A stretch of 64,000 nucleotides of DNA from assembly GCF_000181795.1 (NCBI RefSeq), contig NW_003526945.1:853645-917644 (forward strand). The letters are read 5' to 3'. Shown here in pieces: positions 55,006-64,000 of the stretch. The position numbers were made by a program, and so were the translations under genes. The DNA comes from Trichinella spiralis. Taxonomy: Eukaryota. Within the stretch, counting starts at the first letter, position 1; every line of letters starts with the position of its first letter. The notes beneath the pieces were generated by a model, which saw only the letters and a list, made by a program, of their open reading frames with translations, was not told the origin of the DNA and searched no databases.

Positions 55006-56631
55006 ATGCGCTGCTCTTTTGTTTTAGACATTTTGAGTGGAATTTTTTTATTATATGCCGCATATTGCGTATATGTATTCAGTGAAATTTTATTTCCTGA
55101 AAAATGCGTTCCAAAGCCTGGAAGTCGACGCCCATCATTGGCATGCTTACGAAGCGAACTCGAAGCCGATCAGTATCATAATCTGCAGCTGCGTGTTTAT
55201 ACCTCATTATCTAAAAGAAATTCCAAACTTATCAGCGAAGTTTTGCGAATTGAAAATTTTTCGATGAATACATATTACAATGAATTGGTCGAGATCCCTG
55301 TGCCTATCAAAACACGAAAGAATGGTTCATTGTGGCTGCACTCTTTCCTCATGCCTCCCAGCAACGTAACCATACCATTCAGTGGAGAATGGCATTTGGT
55401 GCAGACGGCGAAGATGACAACTTATGCGCCTAGGAAGCAGGAAAAGTATCTTTTGGAAACCACTGTGAACAACTCATCCGAAGAGTATAAGGAAATTGTC
55501 ACCCACTTTCGAACGAAGTTAGTGTTGCGCGGTGTTGGAGAACCATTTTCTTTTGTCATGAGAAAATTGCCAAATGAATTTAATAGTATTTTCAAAATAA
55601 CAGATCGAAATCGGTATTATCCTTTATTTTATGTGGATTATTTGGCTTTTACAGAAGATAATTTGCAAGAGATCAGTGTAAATACTTCTCGCATTAATAT
55701 TACCGTGGTTTATTATCCGACATCCGTTGGTCACTTGAGAATGTTGATATCGGTGCGAGATGCTTTGAGACAGATGAAAGAAATGGGCCTTGGTAGGGTC
55801 GACATTGATATGATTGTAGGCATATTGCAAGAAGATCATCTTGGTTTGCTTTTCTTCGGTTTTGCTGTTGCAATACTTCATTCAGTGTTAGATTTTTTGG
55901 CTTTGAAAAGTGATGTAAGTTTTTGGCGTGGTCAAAAATCAATGGTTGGAGTTTCTCGACGTACTCAAGCGTTGCGTATGTTCAGTGAAGTGGTGATATT
56001 TTTTTATTTGATCAACAACAAAGCAGGCTTCTTAGTTTGGCTTCCAGTTTTTGTTGGAATGCTTATTGATGTTTGGAAATTGGCAAAATGTTTTAAGTTC
56101 CAAATACGACGTGTTGGTTGGCGTTTTGAATGTTCATTTGCTGAGATTTCATCGGAAGAATCCGAAACTGACGAAATCGATAAATTAGGAATGAAATATT
56201 TGATGTACGTTATGGCACCGTTTTCTGTTGTAGGAGCAGGTTACAGTCTTATTTACATAACACACAGAAGCTGGTATGGTTGGTTGTTGGAATCATTAGC
56301 GAATGCAGTCTATGTTATAGGATTTTTGTTGATGTTGCCGCAAGTATTTTTGAACTACAAATTGAAAACAGTAGCACATTTGCCATGGAAAGCATTTATG
56401 TACAAAGCTTTCAATACGTTCATTGATGACGTCTTTGCGTACATTTTCAAAATGCCGACAAGTCATAGATTAGCTTGTTTTCGAGATGATATTGTTTTCT
56501 TGATATATCTCTACCAACGTTGGCTCTATCCAGTTGATAAGCGTCGTACGAATGAATTTGGAATAAGCTACGATGACGATCCACGTACGTCATACAGGAA
56601 ATCAGCGAAAACGAAATCCAAAGCAGAATGA
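55006..56631 (+). CDS. CLPTM1L: CLPTM1-like lipid scramblase family protein, intronless
   Basis: KTRKNGSL, FLALKSDVSFWR..KSMVGVS, HRSWYGW, MLPQVFLNYKLKTVAHLPWKAFMYKAFNTFIDD, MPTSHRLACFRDD..YLYQRWLYPVDKRRTNEFG. Confidence 0.93.
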   Translation: MRCSFVLDILSGIFLLYAAYCVYVFSEILFPEKCVPKPGSRRPSLACLRSELEADQYHNLQLRVYTSLSKRNSKLISEVLRIENFSMNTYYNELVEIPVPIKTRKNGSLWLHSFLMPPSNVTIPFSGEWHLVQTAKMTTYAPRKQEKYLLETTVNNSSEEYKEIVTHFRTKLVLRGVGEPFSFVMRKLPNEFNSIFKITDRNRYYPLFYVDYLAFTEDNLQEISVNTSRINITVVYYPTSVGHLRMLISVRDALRQMKEMGLGRVDIDMIVGILQEDHLGLLFFGFAVAILHSVLDFLALKSDVSFWRGQKSMVGVSRRTQALRMFSEVVIFFYLINNKAGFLVWLPVFVGMLIDVWKLAKCFKFQIRRVGWRFECSFAEISSEESETDEIDKLGMKYLMYVMAPFSVVGAGYSLIYITHRSWYGWLLESLANAVYVIGFLLMLPQVFLNYKLKTVAHLPWKAFMYKAFNTFIDDVFAYIFKMPTSHRLACFRDDIVFLIYLYQRWLYPVDKRRTNEFGISYDDDPRTSYRKSAKTKSKAE

Positions 56632-58044
56632 ATGGATTTTTTATTGGTTTTATTGCATTTAAGGTTGGTTATTTGCTCATATTAAAACGTGGTTTTGCGA
56701 GAATGTTTGTGTATTATAGTTGTTATTTGTTACTTTTTTTATTCAACCAATAGTAATGATAAAAAAATAACATTTTCAAAACGAATTACAAATTATATGT
56801 TCCTAAGCATGCATTTTTGCATATTAATTATGAATTGGTTGGCAGTGGAACATTGTTTAACGCGTCAACACGTTTCATCAAGGGATATCTGTGTTTGTTT
56901 AAATCGAGATTGTTTGCTAGATACTGATGAAAATTATTCATTTCGATAAAAATCTATAATACTGAACGCTTTGTTTAATGATAAATGAATTATTTGCTAA
57001 GCATACTGTATGAAATGTTTAAAATTCGCTTTTTTCATCGGAAAGTAACATAGTATTTTATGTTACGTGCATCAAAATCGAATAAATTTTCAATATGCTT
57101 TTTAAACTAATATATGAAATGAAATAAGTAAATATGGTTGCCTTTTAAAGTGAATTATCAATAGTGGTGGAAATTTAAAAATCGATTTGAAATATTACAG
57201 ACGTTAAGTATAATAAAATAATATATTGAAAACAAAAATATTCGTATTTTAATTTTAATCGAACATATTTATAAATTAATCCAAAGTTAATTTAAATTCG
57301 ATCAGTTGCGCATGAAATATTAAAAATTCCCTTTTCAAAAGAATTTAATTATATACACGCAAAAGTATAAACAAAATAATAAATTTACATATTTTATTTT
57401 ATATGTTTTGTAATAAAAAAATGCATTGATCGGCTAACTGAATTTTTAATACTTAAAAGTTGTTTGAACTTGCATAAAAATTATTTACTGTAGCTTTGCC
57501 CGTCTTCTTGGTTATTGTTTATTTTTACAATTTAACATTGTTGCAATAAAATAAAAATTCTAATTTGCAAAAATAAACAAAAAATCCTCATAATTATATA
57601 TAATGTCTCAAAAATGAATATTCTTTAAAAAAATCAATTCTGTTAAGTGCATATTCAGTTTCATTGAAATGCTAATCAAAATGAATAATTGAATAATTTG
57701 TTTTTATTACTTTGAACTGTCTTTTCAACCTATATTTATGTTCTGCATGCTGACGAGCTGTACTCTTATTTGAAACTATATTTTTTTTATCATTTTTGAA
57801 GAATAAGTTATTTTGCGTTTTATTTACTACAGTAACGTCATTTTCGAACACATTTTTACTTGAAAAGAAATGCGATGATATAACTTTTAATTGCGGTATG
57901 TACTTTTTATTTCACCCAGCAGTCTCTTGATTATTGTTATAATTATACATTGAGTTAATTTATTTTCTATTGAACTGTTTGCGAATTTTTATTTTAATGC
58001 TTTATATTTTAGTTGATTTGCTGAAATTTGTTAAGGTGAAAGAA

Positions 58045-60024
58045 ATGAGCTGGGTGCACTGCAACAATTGTATAGATTTGCCCGTAAAAGGCCGTGATAA
58101 TTTTCTTTTAACTTCATGTGGTCATATTATTTGCAAATCTTGTATCAAAAAATGTAACTTTCTACGGTGAATTTTTATTTAAAATAAAATCGCAAGTAAT
58201 TTTCTATTTGCAGGCAAAGAGAAGAAATGCATAATTTGCAATCAGAATTGTGATGTGACGGAAATTAATCGAAATGTAATAATAATGCAGAATTATTTCT
58301 ATATAAGTGAAAGAAAATTTTGTTTTAGTTGGAATCGAGCGTTTTAAAATATTTCCTGAAACCACAGGACATAGTAAAAAGTCAAATGCGTGATTTAAGC
58401 CAAGTGAGAATAATTTAATATGGTTTGTTCAACTTATTGAAGTACATTGTTAAACGAATGAATTTGAATAATAATTTATATTCAAAAAGTTTTATTATTT
58501 TAATAAAGTTTGTTGGAAAATTTGAAATATTTTCAGGTGATGGAATTTCAAGAATTTCATCGTAATTCACTTGTCAGTCATTGTAGGAAGTTGGTAAGCA
58601 TGCATGTGGTATATTTATAGTATTATCTATCTATTTTAGATTAAAAATTTCCAAATGGTTAATGAAAAAATGAAAGTCGAATCGCAGAAAGTTATTTCTC
58701 TAGAAAAGTGAAACAACACGAGGATATTATCAAATTATCTTTATCAGTTTATTTCTCTTAGATCGCTCAAAGAGTCATTATTGGAAAATCATCGACTGAA
58801 AAAAGAAATTGAATCTTTGAAAAATGAAGTTGCGTAAGTTTCCTGAAAAGATGATACTTTTTTTTTAATAAAAAGATTCTTAATTTCAGGCTGAAATCAG
58901 ATTTTGTCTATAACAAGATTGCTACCCCGAGTTTGAACACATCCGGTGAGATTAACGTTTTTTTTTGCTTTATGTATTTCATAACAAGAAAAGGATGAAT
59001 AATAAAACTTTGCTTATTATTTTATAAAATGAGTAATATTTGTTTGTATAATTGTGTAAAAATTTATTTAAATTGAATTATATTAAAATTTTAAGCATCT
59101 CGGTTGTGTTTGGATTTTGTTGTTTTTCAATCGATGCAAATGTAAATGGAATAATTTTCTTTTAGGTAAATCGCTTTACGTCCGATCTTCGTCACCAGTT
59201 GTAAGCCAATCTAGTGGTAGAGTTCAGTCTACAGTATGATAATTCTTTTGTGCAATTAAATTAAAAGTTACAGTATTTAAAAATATTTATTTTTAGCTTG
59301 GTAAAAGAATTGCATTGCCTTGTATTCCAGGTTGAAATTTTCACGGTGAGAAATGTGCAGATGATTGTATTATATAATTAATTTTAGTCGTAAATTCTTG
59401 CTTGTCCTCAGTTGAATCACAGTCACTTACGACGCCGGATATTTTGAATGTCGAAAACAGTACTGTTAGTAAAAAGTAAATGAAGCGGTTTTGCATATTT
59501 GTCCGTTTTATACAGATCTTATTCAAGGCGAACAGATAGCACGCAGAATCGAATTCCTGGAACTTTGACATCCGAGAATCAAAGTAGCTCAATATTATGT
59601 GAAAATAATCAGTCTCGTCGGTATGATATAAAGCGTTTATATTGTTGATATTTTCTCTATGATTTCATTATTATTTTGTTTGTTTTGTTTTCTACAAGAA
59701 GCGGTCTGGATTCACAGTATTTGCATTCTGTTGCTGATTCTCTTAAGGTAATCTGAAAATGTTGCATCATAATTTTCTATAAATTTCTCTTTAATATATA
59801 TATTTGCTTTATTTTGATATATAAACTTGGTATGCAAATATTTTATTAAAATTCAATTATGCTTCAATTTGCCAAGTTTGAATTTGCAGTTGTATTTTAT
59901 ATTTTCATTAATTTTATATAATGTATTTACGTTTTAGCTTCCTTTTCCAATGCAATCTATTGGCAATTGTCAATTATGGTCAAGAAAAGCTCCTCGATTT
60001 AAGCCAAGCGGTCGTACTTTGTGA
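58045..60024 (+). CDS. Zip3/RNF212/ZHP-family meiotic RING finger protein, many small exons
   Basis: MSWVHCNNC..FLLTSCGHIICKSC..KCIICNQNC..YFLKP..VMEFQEFHR, then coiled coil and an S/P-rich tail. This is the RNF212/ZHP architecture. Tail exon structure is tentative. Confidence 0.8.
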
Positions 60025-60526
60025 ACAAGCACTTGTTTTAGTAGCAATTTAAAATGCAAAAGTGAGCAAATTGTTTCATTTATTATTATTTTTTTATTCA
60101 ATACATGAAACTTATTGTTCATTCTAATGGGAATTATCTTTCAAATTGTGTACAATTGTAGTTGTAAATATTTCATTTATATATTTATTTATTGTATTCA
60201 AAACTGCAGTAAAAAATCCATAAATGTAAATGTATATTATTTTCATAATCATAAAAACATTTTTCTATAAAAAGAAAAAGGTTAAATTGTATGTATGTAT
60301 ATATATATAGATAGATACAGCTTGTGTGCAGTGTAGGTTTTCATTTGTTAAAAATCTTCAAATTAGCTAGTTAGTGTTCAGCAATTTTCATTTTTGAAAA
60401 TTTGTGGCCTTTCAGAGGACTGGTTTTGCATATTTTATTTTGCTCCAACATCGCTTTCTTCGGTGTGAAATTTCTTCGCTTGCTCTGCTTGTTGTTTGCC
60501 TTGCTTATTCAAATGAGCTTCAACTG

Positions 60527-63130
60527 TCAAACGCTTTTTTGCGATGACAACTTTTGCTTTTTGTTTGCTTCCGCAGCTTTGGATTTCGCTTTGGCAGATT
60601 TCTTCTTCTGCACTTTCTGCGACGACGTGTTAACAATGCAATTTATATCTTCTATAATTTTTTCACAGTCTTCCAATTTTCGATACAACAATGCTACCTT
60701 GAAATTTCACTTGGCAATTAATTCACTGTTGGCACGATTAGGAAAATTAATAATACCTGATTTTCAAGTTGTGTCAGTCGAGAATTTACCGTTATCGGTT
60801 GACCCATCTGTTCGTCACTTTGATTCGGCTTACCGATGCATTGTTCAATTCTGTATAGTGGAATAATTCTGTTTGAACAAAAGAAAAGTCCAACAAAAAA
60901 AAATGCTCACTTTCTTTGGATGCTTTTAATTTTCAGCATCATATTTAAATGACCCTGTGAATATTGTTCAATGATGTCTCGAACATCGTACAGTTCTCTG
61001 AGTTTCTGAAATGATCGACGACATTATATTGGCTTTCAAATTAAAATAACAATATTAACTCTTCCAATTAAACATCATGTAAAATATACAGGGGTTACCT
61101 GAAATTTTCGACAAGCAACCAAATATTTCATTTTGCACACAGCTAACGCGACATTTTTGAGAATTGTTGCTTGTCTAGAAATTAATTTTTATTCAAAAAT
61201 GCTGATGAAATGTAATTTTGCAAAGTTCAATTTATGGGAAGTTAATTTGAATAAGTTGAATTTCAAATTTGAACTTTTTTCTTTCAATTTTCCACGCTCA
61301 CCTTGTTGAATCAGGTTCTGTAGGTGTATTGTAAATAATTGAAGAATTGTGTTCATTTATTACGAAGTGATTGGTTGTATCGTTGGTTCGATTGTATTTG
61401 CGATCGAATTTTTTCCACGTTGCAGAACATTTTGCATTCTTGGCCAGTGAATAACATTCCCACAGTCGCTGAAATGCAAATATTTTTCTGTATCATTTTC
61501 AAAAAGCAATAAATATATACTTGAATGAGAATAGCAGCGGCTGGTATTTGACGGTTGAAATGTTTTTGTCGATGATTTTGATGAACTTTCAACGCAAAGC
61601 CGGAGCCCAGGATGCCCTGAAATGTTTGAAAAAACTATTCAGTGTGCATTTCAGCTTGCATTTTCACATACTGCGGGTAGTTGGAAGAAAGCCACCAAAG
61701 CAAGCGCTGATATGCACGTAATTGCTTTGCCGATCCACGTACGAGGCACCATATCACCGAAACCGATTGTAAAAAATGTTACCTAATAATAATATTAGCA
61801 AACAATTAAATTATCATTTGTTTCTTTTATCAATATGAAAAGATAAATTTACAAAGGGCAAACAATTTTAAAATTATTCAAATTTTTCAGGCAATAATAA
61901 TGATAATGATGATAATTTCTTGCTTGATGCTTTCAATTCTGGTAAAAAGAAAGAAGACTGGATCACCACAGTTGACTTACCACACCCCACCACATCGCAT
62001 CTGCATATGTTTTAAATGGAATATCATTTCCGGGAAGTTTGACGTCTTTTTCAGCCAAGAAAACAAAATAAGATCCAAATATAAGTCCAAGAACCGAAAT
62101 GTAGACTGTTGTAACAAGTTCCTAAAATCGAAGCAGATTTTCGTCGAAATGTGCAAAAATTAAAGCGGCAAAATCATATATATATATACATTCCGGTGCA
62201 TGTACACGACAGAGCCGAGAAGTCGCCAACTTCCACACTGGCGATCAATGCGCAACAATTGCATGAGGTGGATAAATTGAAATCCTCTAAATGGAACATT
62301 GCGAGAATGTAAGTGATGTTAATTTTTGAATTTTGAAAAGAAAAAATTACCTGACAGCGGATGATTTTAATCGTGTTCCATCAGTGCCGAAAATTAACAA
62401 AGCCACGCTTGATACAATTGCGATAAGTTCTGCAAAATTCATCACGCGCAATTGGAATCATTTGTGTATTATTTAAATTTTGTTTTATGAAATAAGTATG
62501 ATTGGAAGTTTAAAAATAAATTTGGAAATGTGGTTGTTTAAAATTTGTCGAATTATTTAAAAATTTTAGTTGCTTTTTAATCGAGCATTTGTTAACGAAA
62601 GTTTTATACCGACCAATTAGGCACATCGGTTTGCATATGAAACGAAGTCTTCCCATTGGAAATGCGTACTGATATTTGCATCCTGCAGACCAAATTCGGA
62701 TCAAATATTCGCCAATGAAAAAGGCCAGAAAAATTGATTCCTGCACATCCAATCAACAGTATACAATAGTAGTGAAAATTGAACAGTAAAAGAAAGGGAA
62801 AATAATTTGAAAAATTAATAAATACCACATATAACAAAACTGGAGCGACAATCACGTACGACCAAATGGTAAGAGTGAAGCCGGTAACGATGAGCAAAAA
62901 TCTAGAAAAGAAAAGAAGAATATTATAATCGAAAGACAACGTTGAATGGAATATGAAGTGGAAGAAATTATTTTTTACACGAAAATGTGATAAGCGTGGC
63001 ATTTCCAACCGACTGGCCTTTCGAGAAATGCAAATACACGACCCTGGCGAGCGACGGCAGATGGGCGGTGGTCGTTGTGGTTGAATTTGTCACTCTCCGG
63101 ATCAGTGTTGGAATGTACAATATTGTTCAT
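60527..63130 (-). CDS. KCNQ (Kv7/kqt)-type potassium channel, KCNQ1-like, divergent, multi-exon
   Basis: [119 protein letters not shown]. Start and stop positions are approximate. Confidence 0.93.
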
Positions 63131-64000
63131 GCTTTGACCGGGTGAATTTTTTGAATACGCTCAACTGGAGATGATGGTCTTCTGGAATGATGGTTATCCT
63201 GAGCTGCGATCGAAAATACGCCAATATGATGAGATGGAATTGTTGTGCAAAGTTTGAACAGAAGCAGAATGGCGATCATGTGTGCCAGGTTGCTGCTGCT
63301 TTTTGTGGAAGCTTGCACACGTGGATGTTGTTGCACACGTCAGCAGCATTTTTGAACAGGTTTCACAATTGACAACATCATTATCATTATCACAACTGTA
63401 TTTATCGTTTGGCAAATGTGCAGTGGAGGGGGGGGGCAGGGAGAAAAGAAAGAAATCGTGTTTACACAACTGGCAAATGTCGTTCCAAACTGACCGATGC
63501 AAATTTGAACTATAAAAGTAGCAGCCAGTACTACAGAATGCCCTTGTTTTGTTTCGTATACAGTATTTTATTTTTTGAAAAATAATGTATTCTATTTTAC
63601 TTTAATTTTCAGCTAACTACAGATAAAGAACAAATATCATCACTACAACGCAATTGTTATTTTTATGTAAATTATTTTCTTTGACACAAGCACGTCATTT
63701 ATATGCTCAATCGTTGTAAACAAATGTGAATTATATTGAAAAAAAATTAATAAATAAAATAACAACTTACAAAAATTTGTTGTTCAAGTTTCTCCACTCG
63801 TATACAGTACTAATTGCCTTCAGTTGTACAATTGTCGTTCATTTCATCGTTGAAGTAACTTTATGCAAATATTTTCAACGAGGCCAATAAAAACAAATGT
63901 CGCCCTAATTTTTTTCGCGCTCGCGCCCGATTGACGTTTCACTGACGAATACTGTTGCGACAATGAACGCATACGCTCTACAACGGTGTTGTGTTTTATC

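Noticed and set aside
60372..60529. Coding-looking sequence with a second in-frame TGA after the KCNQ stop (possible Sec or readthrough, given nearby eEFSec)
   Set aside because: No SECIS-like element seen and the tail is low-complexity. More likely 3' UTR or an unresolved last-exon structure.
63127..63336. ORF whose TGA overlaps the putative KCNQ ATG (ATGA)
   Set aside because: Could be a uORF or a frameshift error hiding a longer N-terminus, but nothing in the sequence discriminates between these.

Overview
AT-rich eukaryotic genomic scaffold with many short (~50-70 nt) GT-AG introns. It looks like a nematode, plausibly a clade I species such as Trichinella; that is an inference from intron size, composition and protein divergence, not a database result. 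Two 10-N gaps bracket a low-quality duplicate of the GCLC 3' end. I can support 17 protein-coding genes: GCLC/gcs-1, membralin, an SLC7 light-chain amino-acid transporter, a 7TM receptor whose intron holds a non-autonomous piggyBac with intact TIRs and TTAA duplication, NDUFS1, a 526-aa orphan ORF, a 75-aa membrane microprotein candidate, MTRES1, intronless eEFSec, golgin-84, Pol III subunit RPC9/CRCP, SAYSD1, an RFX/daf-19 transcription factor, NUP35, intronless CLPTM1L, a Zip3/RNF212-family RING protein and a KCNQ1-like K+ channel. Most notable: (1) dense clusters of X-box-like sites upstream of and inside the RFX gene itself, suggesting autoregulation; (2) a KCNQ channel with two S4 gating arginines replaced by Gln and a GFG filter; (3) an operon-like eEFSec-MTRES1 junction. 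Exon boundaries were read by eye and need RNA-seq confirmation.
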